A stretch of 64,000 nucleotides of DNA from Myxococcota bacterium. Lineage in GTDB: Bacteria > Myxococcota_A > SURF-8. A program made the position numbers and the translations under genes. The DNA lies in the NCBI GenBank assembly GCA_965140415.1, contig OZ223209.1:2400001-2464000 (forward strand). The letters are read 5' to 3'. Of this stretch, positions 9,070 through 18,803 are shown in pieces (the stretch's first letter is position 1; the number at the start of each line of letters is the position of its first letter). The notes below the pieces were generated by a model that saw only the letters and a list, made by a program, of their open reading frames with translations, was not told the DNA's origin and did no database searches.

Positions 9070-10875
9070 TCAAGTGTACATTTGTTCGATCAGATTGGAA
9101 TACTTCTCGTTCACTGCCTTGCGCTTCAATTTCATCGTTGGGGTTAGTTCGCCTGTTTCCTGTGAGAAAGAATGGTTGACCAGCCGGAATTTTTTGATTT
9201 GTTCCACTCGTGCGAATTGCTGATTGATCGCGTTGATCCGATCTTCAAACAACTTTTGCACGTCGGCATGTTCGATCAGTTCCTGCGGCTGATCGTAGCT
9301 GATGTTCTTTTCTTTGGCCCAATTCTGCAAGGCTTCAAAGTCGGGAACGATCAGGGCGGAGATGAAACGTCTGGCATCGCCGATTGCGACGGCGTTTTCG
9401 ATATAGCGATCCACAATCAATGCTTGTTCGATGTTGGCGGGAGAGATGTTCTTCCCTCCGGCAGTGATGATCAACTCCTTTTTACGGTCGGTGATCTTTA
9501 AAAAGCCATCGTTTAATTCTCCGATATCGCCGGTCTTGAACCAGCCATCTTCGGTGAACGCTTCGGCTGTCGCTTCCGGTTTGTTGTAATAGCCTTTCAT
9601 CACCTGCGGGCCTTTAATCAGGATCTCGCCATCTTCGGCGATCTTGATCTCGGTGTCCAAAACCGCTTTTCCGACGGACCCAAAGCGGAAATTCTTGAAG
9701 TCGCTGGCGGTTGCAATCGGTGTGGTTTCCGTCAGGCCGTAGCCCTCGTGAACCGTCAAACCGATGGCGTGGAAGAAACGGTTGATTTCCTCGTTTAATG
9801 GACCTCCACCGCTGACCAGGGTTTTGATTCGATCTGCTCCGAGGTTCTCCTTGATCTTCGTGAAGACCACTTTATCGGCCAGCGCATGTTGGGCTCGCAG
9901 TCCCAGAGGCATTTTTTTATTTTGCGTGATGTATTGGGCGGCTTTCGCCCCGACATCCAACGCCCATGCGAAAATTTTCTGTCTTCTCGGAGGAGCGGTC
10001 TGTAGCTTTTCCTGTATGCCGGAATAGATCTTTTCGAAAAGGCGGGGAACCGACACCACAAAATTGGGTCGGATTTCCTTCATATTATCGATTACCGTCA
10101 GCGGACTTTCCGCAAAATACATGCATCCACCCAAATAGACGACCACATACCAGTCCGCCGTCCTTTCAAGGCAGTGACTTAATGGAAGAAAACTCAGGCT
10201 GCGTTGACCGCGTTCGAACATCTCTTCGTGCGACAAATACGCCTGATAGGCATTTACCAGGAAATTGAAGTGAGTGAGAATCACGCCTTTAGGCGGTCCG
10301 GTTGTGCCGGAGGTATAAATCAGGGTGGCCATATCTTGCTGGTCGATGTTCATCAGTCGTTTGTCCAACTCGGACTGTTCGCCAAATTTCTCTCCCATGC
10401 TGAATACTTCGTCGATGTGCAGCACTTGGTCGTCGTCGTAGGCTCCACGAATGTCATCCATCGTGATGATGTAAGTCAATGAAGGAACACGCTCGCGAAC
10501 GGCCAGTACGCGCTCCAGGTGATCCTTCTCGGCCACGATAACGATTGTACTTTCCGAATCGTTCAGAATGTATTCCGATTCCGTTGCGGAGTTGGTCGGA
10601 TAAATCGGGATATCGGCGCAGCCGGCAGAGAGAATAGCGAGATCACTGACGCACCACTCCCAGCGATTCGGCGAAAAGAGCGCGATGTGGTCTTTGGGTT
10701 TCGCTCCCAGTGAAATCAGTCCAAGGGCCAGGTTTCGGACTTTGCGGTTCGCCTCTCCCCAACTCATGCTTTTCCACTGCTCGTTTTCTTTCCAGCCGAA
10801 AAGCGGTTGCTGGTGCAGTTCTTGAACGTTATTGTAAAACATTTCAGGGATGCTGCGTTCTTTGACCTCGATCAT
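9070..10875 (-). CDS. Long-chain fatty acid-CoA ligase (FadD-like)
   Basis: YTSGTTGPPKG, EGYGLTET, GWFKTGDIG, TPTMKLKR; ATG 10875 with AAGGAG SD; own TTGACA-16-TAATAT promoter at about 10963-10990. Confidence 0.92.
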   Translation of the reverse strand: MIEVKERSIPEMFYNNVQELHQQPLFGWKENEQWKSMSWGEANRKVRNLALGLISLGAKPKDHIALFSPNRWEWCVSDLAILSAGCADIPIYPTNSATESEYILNDSESTIVIVAEKDHLERVLAVRERVPSLTYIITMDDIRGAYDDDQVLHIDEVFSMGEKFGEQSELDKRLMNIDQQDMATLIYTSGTTGPPKGVILTHFNFLVNAYQAYLSHEEMFERGQRSLSFLPLSHCLERTADWYVVVYLGGCMYFAESPLTVIDNMKEIRPNFVVSVPRLFEKIYSGIQEKLQTAPPRRQKIFAWALDVGAKAAQYITQNKKMPLGLRAQHALADKVVFTKIKENLGADRIKTLVSGGGPLNEEINRFFHAIGLTVHEGYGLTETTPIATASDFKNFRFGSVGKAVLDTEIKIAEDGEILIKGPQVMKGYYNKPEATAEAFTEDGWFKTGDIGELNDGFLKITDRKKELIITAGGKNISPANIEQALIVDRYIENAVAIGDARRFISALIVPDFEALQNWAKEKNISYDQPQELIEHADVQKLFEDRINAINQQFARVEQIKKFRLVNHSFSQETGELTPTMKLKRKAVNEKYSNLIEQMYT

Positions 10876-11013
10876 AAATGTCTCCTTCTTGGCACGCACA
10901 AGCAGAGATACGGATCACGGCGCGGTGTTCGATTTCGAGTTAGATTGTTAGTAGCAACGATAATATTATCTGTTTTATGGCAAATGTCAATTTCATAGAT
11001 GGGGGAGGCTGTT

Positions 11014-11052
11014 AAAAAGCAAAAGCCCCTTAGCTTGTTAAACCAGGGGGCT
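11014..11052 (-). terminator. Intrinsic terminator after the FAD oxidoreductase
   Basis: Minus strand reads AGCCCCCT...AGGGGCT followed by TTTGCTTTTT. Confidence 0.6.
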
Positions 11053-11140
11053 AGATGTTACGACCAGCAGCCTTTTTGCAGGATTTTCCTCCGCTTTGGA
11101 GGAAGTTAGTGAAGAAGACTTAAGGGGGGATTAAGAGGGT

Positions 11141-12478
11141 CTACTCATAGTTTTTCGGTGCGAATTTTTCGTAGAGGTTGCCGAACAAATTGTTCGGGTC
11201 CATACGCTTTTTCGCAGCTTGAATGCGGGGTTTACTGTAAATGTCCCAGAAGGTCTGCTCGTCGTAGTGATTGCGAGAAATCAAGGTTTTGACTCCTCCC
11301 AGTTCGTATACTTTCTTTTCCAGAATTTCCGAATAATCGATGCTGGGGTGGTTGTTCAATTTGCCGTATACCGCCGCATCGACGATGAATGTTTCTCCCA
11401 TTCGCTTGGCATGTTCGTCACTGACCCACGGATAGATGGCTTTCATTTTGTAGGGAACGACCCACAACGGGAAAAAGTCGAAGTCACGCTCGTACCAGTC
11501 GTAGAATTCCGGGAAGCGGCGCGATGGCAGAAAGACGTCTACCACCACTTCCGGTCGCTTTTTCATGCGCAGTACCGGTTTGACCCGGTTCGACCAGCTT
11601 ATCAGATTGGTTGAACCTAAAAGCATTTTACCCGCCACCAGACGCATGGCCTTGTTTTCCATCAAAGGCAAGGTGCGCGTGAGCCAATGACATTCCGCGT
11701 CGTAACGGAAAAAGTAATCCTTGATGGTCATGTAGTCTTCGGTCTTTTTCAGGCTGCTCTTGTAATAGATATTCAGCCAACTGTAGTCGGTATGATAGGG
11801 CGCGCTATCCACCATCGTTCCCAGGCACAGGACAAATGCATCCGGTCCATGAATGATGCCGTCCATGAACGGATAGTCGCCCGCCTCGATGCGATCGTTC
11901 ATGTCCTTCCAGAACGCTTCGAATGTGGTGTGTTTGTGATATTCCATGTGAACGTAGGGTTTGGCGGGCATCAGTTTGAACGTCAACTTGGTGATGCGCC
12001 CCAAGGTGCCGTAGGAACCGTGCAGCAGGTTGAATATTTCGGCATCCTGTTCCGGCGAGCAGGTCAGGATTTCTCCCGTTCCGGTTAGCACTTCGTATTC
12101 CAGGCAGCTATCGTGAAAACCGCCATAGCGGTAGGATTGCGACTCGATGGAGCAACCGGAAACGGCTCCGCCAACGGTGATCGTTTTCAGTTCCGGTACA
12201 ACATAAGGCATCAAGTTGTACTTTAGAGTTTCATCCTCCAGATCGCAAAAGGCCAAACCTGGTTCGGCAGTGGCCGTCATCTTTTCCGGATCGATGGCCA
12301 ACAGCCGGTTCAGCTTGGAGAAGTCGATTTTCTGCTTTCCGGAATCATTCGAATAGGGATTGGGAACGAAATGAGAAATGTTTCCCTTTTCGAAACGCAA
12401 TGCGTCTCCATTTCGCCTTTCGGCGTTGCCTTTAAGCGCTTGAACGATCTGACGAACGTTTCGGTCGTGTTCAATCAT
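11141..12478 (-). CDS. FAD-linked oxidoreductase, VAO/PCMH fold, delta(24)-sterol reductase (DHCR24)/TmsA-like
   Basis: VVPELKTITVGGAVSGCSIESQSYRYGGFHDS, GSYGTLG, C-terminal DPNNLFGNLYEK; ATG 12478 with AAGGA SD. Confidence 0.8.
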   Translation of the reverse strand: MIEHDRNVRQIVQALKGNAERRNGDALRFEKGNISHFVPNPYSNDSGKQKIDFSKLNRLLAIDPEKMTATAEPGLAFCDLEDETLKYNLMPYVVPELKTITVGGAVSGCSIESQSYRYGGFHDSCLEYEVLTGTGEILTCSPEQDAEIFNLLHGSYGTLGRITKLTFKLMPAKPYVHMEYHKHTTFEAFWKDMNDRIEAGDYPFMDGIIHGPDAFVLCLGTMVDSAPYHTDYSWLNIYYKSSLKKTEDYMTIKDYFFRYDAECHWLTRTLPLMENKAMRLVAGKMLLGSTNLISWSNRVKPVLRMKKRPEVVVDVFLPSRRFPEFYDWYERDFDFFPLWVVPYKMKAIYPWVSDEHAKRMGETFIVDAAVYGKLNNHPSIDYSEILEKKVYELGGVKTLISRNHYDEQTFWDIYSKPRIQAAKKRMDPNNLFGNLYEKFAPKNYE

Positions 12479-12491
12479 GGTGTACTGTCCT

Positions 12492-13379
12492 TCACTGAAG
12501 GGTGTTGAGATAGTTTTCGATATCATTCGCCATCGCGGCGCTATGCATGTACTTATTCGATTCGCAGGGGATGAGTGTGCTCCGACCAATCAACTCCGCC
12601 ATGCGATTGATGCTGTCGGTGCCGTGCAGTTTGTCGGTAGAGGCATAGGCAATGCCAACCGGACAGGAAACCTGTTCCAGTTCCGACCAGATCCGGTAGT
12701 TCATAAACGCCATGCAACTCAGCTTGATGCGTTGCGGGTGGGCTTCCAGCAATGTACGCCGATAGCGCCCAATCTGCTCCGGCTCGTTTTTGGAATCCAC
12801 CCTGAAATGTTGCAGATACCAGATGATGAAATACTTGATAATGTGGTAGCTGGCAGCGGGCATATGTGGAATCCAGCGCAGAAAGGCTGGAACATGAAAT
12901 TCGCTGTTGGGACCGATACAGAAAGCTGCCTTCAATGGCAGGTGGTTCTCCTTCAGTGCGTGCAGGATGCTTGTTGCGCCTAAAGATGAACCGCAAAGGA
13001 CGGTTCGTTCCAGATCGATCGGCAGCGCATTGCAAACCCGAGTCAGATCCTCTGCAAAGCGTTCGATGCTGAATTCCTTGGCATGCTTCTGAGGCTGGTC
13101 GTGTTGTGCGCTTTGCTTTTCGCGGGTTTCGATGTAGTACAGCGGATGCGTTTTCCCGATTTCACGAAGCAAATCCGCCCAGCCGGATTCGACGGACACC
13201 CAGCCTGGAACGAATAGAATCGGATCGACATCGTCCGTGGCTGCTTTTGGAATCCAGTTCATTACCCGCAGGTTAACGCCATTTGTGGTTGGAACGTAGA
13301 ATTCCCGGTAGTCGGCTTCTTTCAAATCGATGGGGTCGTGATGTTGATCTTGCATGTTCAGCTCCATAGCTAACGTCAC
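12492..13379 (-). CDS. Alpha/beta-fold hydrolase
   Basis: PILFVPGW oxyanion region, GSSLG nucleophile elbow, Asp in STDKLH, late His in KYMH. Confidence 0.75.
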   Translation of the reverse strand: MTLAMELNMQDQHHDPIDLKEADYREFYVPTTNGVNLRVMNWIPKAATDDVDPILFVPGWVSVESGWADLLREIGKTHPLYYIETREKQSAQHDQPQKHAKEFSIERFAEDLTRVCNALPIDLERTVLCGSSLGATSILHALKENHLPLKAAFCIGPNSEFHVPAFLRWIPHMPAASYHIIKYFIIWYLQHFRVDSKNEPEQIGRYRRTLLEAHPQRIKLSCMAFMNYRIWSELEQVSCPVGIAYASTDKLHGTDSINRMAELIGRSTLIPCESNKYMHSAAMANDIENYLNTLQ

Positions 13380-13437
13380 AAATCATTTTCTGCTGGTATC
13401 GCGTTTAGCGTTTAACGACTTTCTACTTCCTTATTCC

Positions 13438-16400
13438 TCAGCCAATGGTCTTGCTTGATGCGGCGCGACGTTGTTCCCGTTGTTGATTCTGCTCGAAGCT
13501 ATTGGCGATATTGACGATGTAGGTATCCACGATATCATTGATGTCGCCTTCTCCGTCGTAGAACATATTCGCTACGGGAACGCCGTACTCCTTCTGAATC
13601 TGCTGGAAAACACCGCTGGTAATCGATCCTGGCATACAGCCGAAGGGGGCGCAGTTGACTACGAGCGAAGCGCCATCTTTCATGTACTCGATGGCACGGC
13701 CTAGCGTGATGATGGTTTCACCTTCGAAGTCCATCGGAACAAAACGCGCTCCGGCGTTTAAGGTGCTGACAATCGACGGCTCGTGGCGTTTATCCAGCAG
13801 GGGAGAGGCCAGATCCATCCACATCTTTTCGTCCTTGGTCAAGAAGCGGTTTTTCAACAGCTTGCCCATGCGGTCCATCAAGCCGCCGGTACGATGACCT
13901 TTCGTCCAGCTTTCCATGTAGGCGGTATAGATGATCCATTCGGAGATCGGTGCCAGCCAGGCTTCGCCACCCGCTTTTTCGATACGCCGCACCACATCCT
14001 GGTTGGTGAAGCGGTTATTGCGGACGTAAATTTCGCCGATAATACCTACCAGCGGCTTTTTCTTATCGATGATCGGAATCGCTTTAAATGCATTGGCGAT
14101 TTCTTTCATCAAAGGTTTGCAGTCTGCTCGCGATTCGATGGCGGCTTCCATCCGTTCGATGCTTTTCCAATAAAGCTCTTCGGTTTCTCCTGCGTTCACT
14201 TCATAAGGCGTTACGCGACAGCGAAGTTTGAACAGCACGTCTCCGAGTACGATACCGGTCCACAGCCAGCGCCGGGTTTCATCGTCGGTGCCGTCGTAAC
14301 TGTCCGTGCTGGTCCAGCTTACGATGGGAACGTGATTCCAGCCCATTCGGTTCATCGAGATGCGATCCAGGGTGCAATATTGACCGAAACGGCACGGACC
14401 TTCGGCGGTCGGCATGAACAGAGCGTGTTCGTTGGTATTGCCGCCATGCTTTTCTATGGTAGAGAAGAAGGTGCCAAGCGTAGCGGGGCAGGGGACACAC
14501 TCTCCTCCACGAGTTGCAGCGCGTCCGAGTTGGAAGGCATAGTCGTCTTCCGGCGGCAAGGGACGGGCATTGACTCCTGCGCCTCGCAATGCGGCGGCCA
14601 TGAAAATCGGTTGACCTTCACCCATCGGCGGCACCCACAGGGTGCGTGTTTTCAATGCAGCGGAATCAATCGGAGGTTTCGTGAACGTAAATCGCTTTGC
14701 AGTGTGAATTTCGTTTACTTTAAGCACGTCCGTAAAGGCTTCCAGCCGGGTTAAATAGCCCGCGTCTGCGCCGTGTTCGTCCAGTTCAAGCATCAGCATG
14801 GGTTTTTCGCCCATGACTTCTTCCGCATAGGTTTGAAGGAATGAGTCCGGTCCGCAACTGAAGTTACTGAAATATACGGCGTACAGGTTCGGTTGACGCG
14901 CGACGTAGCGTACCGCTTCCATGATTTTCCGTCCGTAATTCCAGTACATGTTCTGAAATTCCTCGCCGAGATCCTCTTCCGCGATGGGTAGGTATTCCAG
15001 CGGAACAACCGGCAAACCCAGCCGCGCGATTTTCTCCGGCAGAGCCAGGTTCGCTCCCGGATCGAAAACGTTGTACGGGCGTCCCAGGATGACAATGGCG
15101 GGCGTATCGCTCTGGGCGACTTCCTGTAACGCCTTTTGTCCTGCAATTCGCACGGATTCCTCGAAATGTTGCTGTGTTTTCCAGGCTTCGCGCCAGGCTT
15201 TTGAAATGCTGCGCTTGTTCGCTTTCAAGCATTTACCCAGATCTTCGTGCAGCCGCTCGATGGTCGTTTTCTCATTCCAGCGGAGATCCAGGGTGGCCGA
15301 AATCAAACGTTCGCCATCGACGCCGTTTAAGTGCATGGCCGAACGCAGCATGGCCGGCAACGAGATGTTATACGGGCAGAAATAGGATTCCGTCGTTTTT
15401 CCGCTTTTATCGCCAGCCGACACCATGTAAGGCGCGAAAACACGCTCGACGCTGTTTTCCAGCAACAGGCGGGTGTGACCGTGCGCCAGTTTGACCGGAT
15501 GGCAATAGTCTGCACCCACCCAGTCGGAGGAGAGCCGGGTGGTTTCATCGTCGGTGGGACCGGATAGCGTCAGGCGATAGCCCAGTTCTGCGAAGAAGCG
15601 CCGCCAAAGCGGGTAGTAAGAGTGCGCCAGCAATGCGCGCGGATAGCCGATGACCGGTGCGTCTTTCGGCAGTTTCTTTTCCGCGCCGCTGGACTTCCAA
15701 AGCCGTTCCCGTTCTTTGAAAAAGCGGAACTCGCGGTTTCGCTTGACGCCGTCGTCTTCCGGGTCGCGTCCGCATAAATATCCCCAACTTGGGCGCTGGT
15801 CCAGGCCATCCACTTCGGCAAAGGTGATATGGCAGTGATTCGCACAGAGTTCGCAGTCCTCGGTGGAGAGGCGTACTTCCTTGTCGGCGAAATCCACTCC
15901 CACAAAGCGGGTTGTCTCCTTTGCGGCTTCCATCTGACGCTTGGTCAGCAGTGCGACGCCCCAACTGCCCATAACGTGACAGTAAGGCGATACCACGACT
16001 TCGACTCCCAGCAGATTTTCGAATGCCGCGACCAATCCTTTGTTGCGTGCCGTCGCGCCCTGGAAAAAGACTTTGGTTTTGTTGTAATAGCGATTGCCCA
16101 CCACCTTGTTCAGGTAGTTTTGCACAACGGAATAGAGCACCGCGCCCATGACTTCACGTGGAGTGAAACCCTTGCGCAACAGGCTGCGGGCGTCCTGGTC
16201 CATAAACACGGTGCAGCGGTCACTGGTGATGGGGGGGACGACGCCCAGCACTTCGTCACCCAGTGTGAACAGATCGAAACCCATTTTCCGCGACAGTTCT
16301 TCCACGAACGAGCCGGTTCCTGCTGCACAGACGTAGTTCATGTTCGCGTTATGCAGATTTCCATTGACGGTGTGCACGTATTTGGCGTCCTGACCGCCGA

Positions 16401-17673
16401 TTTCGAAAATGGTGTCGATGCTCGGATCGACTTTCATCGCGCCGGTGACGTGAGCCGTGATTTCGTTATGAACGCGATCCGCCTGAATCACGGCGCCGAC
16501 AAGTTTCCGTCCCGAACCGGTTGTGCCGACGCCAAGAATTTCAACCTGCCCACCGCGTCTGGCGGCCAACTGGCGCAGGGCGCGGAACAGCGCTTTGGTT
16601 GCGCCGATCGGATCGCCTCCGGTTTTGCGATAGATGTCCAGCAGAACCTCTTCCTGCTCGTCGATCAGCATCAGTTTGGTGGATGTGGACCCGATGTCGA
16701 TTCCCAGATATCCGGTCAGACGACCATCTTCCGGCCAGCGGCTGACACGGATTTCGTTCTTTTCCTCATCGATGACGAATTCTTCGACATCGAAAGACGG
16801 ATACTGGCTGCGTACCAATTCCAATGGTTTGCGTACGCTCTCGCGGGTCTGTTCGTCCTCTTCATCCAAGAGCCGATTCCACGACACCGATCCCGATACC
16901 GGTTCCGCAAGCAGAGCCGCGCCGGTGGAGCCTGCTTCCTGGGGAGCTTCCAGTTTTTCCAGACCGCCAGGTAACTCCTTTGCAAGCCAGCGCATGACGT
17001 CGCGATTACGGGCGACACCGCCCACGGCCACCGTTTTGCCCTGCGGGCGACGACCTTTGAATAGCGTCATCAAGATGGTGCGTGTCAGGCCTTTACATAG
17101 TCCGGCCCACATCTCCGGCTTGCCGAAACCTTCCTGCTGACGGTGAATCAAATCGCTTTTGGCAAAAACCGCGCAGCGGGCGGCAACAGAGGGGGGAGCC
17201 TCGATTACGGGCATCGCAGCAATATCATCGTATTCGATCCCCAAACGGGCGGCCTGCTCGTCCAGAAAAGAACCGGTGCCTGCTGCACAGACGGTATTGG
17301 TCTGATAGCCGGTGAATTCACCTTGTGCGTTCAGTTCCACCAAGGACAAAGAACCGCCACCAATATCGATGATCTGACGGACATTGGGGTGTTCACGGCG
17401 CACACCTTCAACAATCGCGGCAACTTCGTTACCGGCAGACAAACCCAATTTCTCTGCAATCGGTTTCGAATGCAGCCCGACAAGGCCCACGGCTTGAATC
17501 GTTTCCGGCAAGGAGAGCTCGGAAAGCAACTGGTGTAGAACCTTGTAAACGTCGCCTTTATGCGGACGGCTTGCTCGTTGAACGATTTTTCCATTCTTGT
17601 CGAGCAACGTCACTTTGACAAACAGTGCACCGACATCCAAACCGACTTGGGTTATTGTCTGTTGATCGCTCAT
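13438..17673 (-). CDS. Fused CoA-substrate-specific enzyme activase with DUF2229/dehydratase-like domains (PlsA/PlsR/Ger-type architecture)
   Basis: Two ASKHA ATPase domains (GLDVG/GIDIGSTSTK, two CAAGTGSF, RCAVF/RCTVF); CELCANHC linker; YCHPVKLAHGH, FCPY, FSCGPD, GPCRFGQY, PFGCMPG; ATG 17673 with AGGAAGG SD. Confidence 0.85.
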   Translation of the reverse strand: MSDQQTITQVGLDVGALFVKVTLLDKNGKIVQRASRPHKGDVYKVLHQLLSELSLPETIQAVGLVGLHSKPIAEKLGLSAGNEVAAIVEGVRREHPNVRQIIDIGGGSLSLVELNAQGEFTGYQTNTVCAAGTGSFLDEQAARLGIEYDDIAAMPVIEAPPSVAARCAVFAKSDLIHRQQEGFGKPEMWAGLCKGLTRTILMTLFKGRRPQGKTVAVGGVARNRDVMRWLAKELPGGLEKLEAPQEAGSTGAALLAEPVSGSVSWNRLLDEEDEQTRESVRKPLELVRSQYPSFDVEEFVIDEEKNEIRVSRWPEDGRLTGYLGIDIGSTSTKLMLIDEQEEVLLDIYRKTGGDPIGATKALFRALRQLAARRGGQVEILGVGTTGSGRKLVGAVIQADRVHNEITAHVTGAMKVDPSIDTIFEIGGQDAKYVHTVNGNLHNANMNYVCAAGTGSFVEELSRKMGFDLFTLGDEVLGVVPPITSDRCTVFMDQDARSLLRKGFTPREVMGAVLYSVVQNYLNKVVGNRYYNKTKVFFQGATARNKGLVAAFENLLGVEVVVSPYCHVMGSWGVALLTKRQMEAAKETTRFVGVDFADKEVRLSTEDCELCANHCHITFAEVDGLDQRPSWGYLCGRDPEDDGVKRNREFRFFKERERLWKSSGAEKKLPKDAPVIGYPRALLAHSYYPLWRRFFAELGYRLTLSGPTDDETTRLSSDWVGADYCHPVKLAHGHTRLLLENSVERVFAPYMVSAGDKSGKTTESYFCPYNISLPAMLRSAMHLNGVDGERLISATLDLRWNEKTTIERLHEDLGKCLKANKRSISKAWREAWKTQQHFEESVRIAGQKALQEVAQSDTPAIVILGRPYNVFDPGANLALPEKIARLGLPVVPLEYLPIAEEDLGEEFQNMYWNYGRKIMEAVRYVARQPNLYAVYFSNFSCGPDSFLQTYAEEVMGEKPMLMLELDEHGADAGYLTRLEAFTDVLKVNEIHTAKRFTFTKPPIDSAALKTRTLWVPPMGEGQPIFMAAALRGAGVNARPLPPEDDYAFQLGRAATRGGECVPCPATLGTFFSTIEKHGGNTNEHALFMPTAEGPCRFGQYCTLDRISMNRMGWNHVPIVSWTSTDSYDGTDDETRRWLWTGIVLGDVLFKLRCRVTPYEVNAGETEELYWKSIERMEAAIESRADCKPLMKEIANAFKAIPIIDKKKPLVGIIGEIYVRNNRFTNQDVVRRIEKAGGEAWLAPISEWIIYTAYMESWTKGHRTGGLMDRMGKLLKNRFLTKDEKMWMDLASPLLDKRHEPSIVSTLNAGARFVPMDFEGETIITLGRAIEYMKDGASLVVNCAPFGCMPGSITSGVFQQIQKEYGVPVANMFYDGEGDINDIVDTYIVNIANSFEQNQQREQRRAASSKTIG

Positions 17674-17739
17674 TATTGCCTTCCTTTCGATTGCCTGCTG
17701 CCGGTTCTGTTTCACAGTGGAAGATTCCGGCAGGGAACT

Positions 17740-17774
17740 TAACTAATCAGTTAGTTAGTCTAACTGGTTAGTTA
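17740..17774. promoter_or_regulatory. Tandem palindromic operators TAACTAA-N4-TTAGTTA upstream of the activase operon
   Basis: TAACTAAtcagTTAGTTA (17740-17757, perfect arms) and agtCTAActggTTAGTTA (17757-17774). Confidence 0.7.
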
Positions 17775-17858
17775 ATCGTAGTGATTGTTTTTTTACGCTC
17801 TAGCATTTCTATAAAGTTGTCATCGTAACTTAATGTGTAAAACGGAACTTTCGAACAA

Positions 17859-18485
17859 TTAGGAGGAAGACGTTGGTTCGTTAAGCAGTATTCGCATGAT
17901 CATGTGCATCAGTAAATCGCGTCGCATTTCAACTTGAGAATCGCTTGTTGCATCTCGGTCCATCAGAATTTCCAGAAACGGACTGTCTGAGAAATACGTT
18001 ACGGTCATGCCGTAGATCGCCGTCAACAACTGATCGGGATCGATCGGCTTGAAAATACCGGTTTGACTTCCAGCCAGGATAAAACGCTTGGCCTCTTTGT
18101 ACAAAGGCTTGAAGTGTTGCCGGATCAAATCGGCGAAATAGTCCTGATTATCATGGCCAGTCTCCATCGCCGTAATGCGTGCGAAATTGCGGTGACGGGA
18201 GGCGTAGTCGAAGAAACCTTTAAAGAATAGTTCCAGTTTGGTTACGGGATCGATGGGCTCTGGAGCTATTTTTCCAACCAATTCAACAAGATCCTCTACC
18301 ATACGTTTTAAAACCGCTCGGTGCAGTTCTTCTTTGGAATTGAAATAGTAGTGGATCATGGCGCTGGTGATTCCGGCGCGGGCGCTGATGTCCTTGATGC
18401 GTGCACCACCGAAGCCATTCTCTGCGAATGTCGCTTCTGCGCTATCGATGATGCGTTCTCGTGTGTCTTTCTGCTGCTCAGCCAT
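17859..18485 (-). CDS. TetR/AcrR family transcriptional regulator
   Basis: HTH RERIIDSAEATFAENGFGGARIKDISARAGITSAMIHYYFNSKEEL; ATG 18485 preferred as start. Confidence 0.92.
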   Translation of the reverse strand: MAEQQKDTRERIIDSAEATFAENGFGGARIKDISARAGITSAMIHYYFNSKEELHRAVLKRMVEDLVELVGKIAPEPIDPVTKLELFFKGFFDYASRHRNFARITAMETGHDNQDYFADLIRQHFKPLYKEAKRFILAGSQTGIFKPIDPDQLLTAIYGMTVTYFSDSPFLEILMDRDATSDSQVEMRRDLLMHMIMRILLNEPTSSS

Positions 18486-18520
18486 TGTTTGTCGTGTCGC
18501 TCCATGAAGTTCAATGGCAC

Positions 18521-18538
18521 TAACTAAACAGTTAGTTG
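18521..18538. promoter_or_regulatory. Third copy of the operator, in front of tetR (autoregulation)
   Basis: TAACTAAacagTTAGTTg, just downstream of a minus-strand TTGACA-17-TATTCA (18577-18549). Confidence 0.7.
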
Positions 18539-18705
18539 AATTGAGTGTTGAATACACGGTCGACCTGCTTTTGTCAAGGGAGAAAACTCACTTGTTAAAT
18601 TAAGTTCGTTTCATTATTCAAGTTTCAATGTGAATCGCGGAGGTTAGGGTTTGAATAAATATGCGGAAAGGTGCAAAAAATCAAAAAATAATAGCGAATC
18701 AAATG

Positions 18706-18734
18706 TTGACAACCATGGGTTGTTTATATAGATT
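18706..18734 (+). promoter_or_regulatory. Sigma70 promoter of the his operon
   Basis: TTGACA (18706-18711), 17 bp, TAGATT (18729-18734), with an A-rich UP-like tract upstream. Confidence 0.75.
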
Positions 18735-18740
18735 AAACGC

Positions 18741-18803
18741 ATGATTAGACAGGGCAATAAAAATAAAGGACATCATCATCATCGCTTTAAACGAGCCGGG
18801 TGA
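18741..18803 (+). CDS. hisL: His operon leader peptide MIRQGNKNKGHHHHRFKRAG
   Basis: 20-codon ORF with four consecutive CAT codons, directly upstream of attenuator hairpins and hisG. Confidence 0.88.
   Translation: MIRQGNKNKGHHHHRFKRAG

Noticed and set aside
11004-11140. Possible REP or MITE remnant (AGGCTG...CAGCCT, G-rich runs)
   Set aside because: Single copy in the window with short arms; explained by a terminator plus a small hairpin
12479-12589. N-terminal extension of the FAD oxidoreductase, and similar extensions for ackA, tex, rfbF and tetR in the track
   Set aside because: Overlap neighbouring genes or promoters; downstream ATGs have better SD sequences or match family N-termini
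13783-16974. 323-aa and 381-aa ORFs antisense to the activase gene
   Set aside because: Shadow ORFs without recognisable motifs
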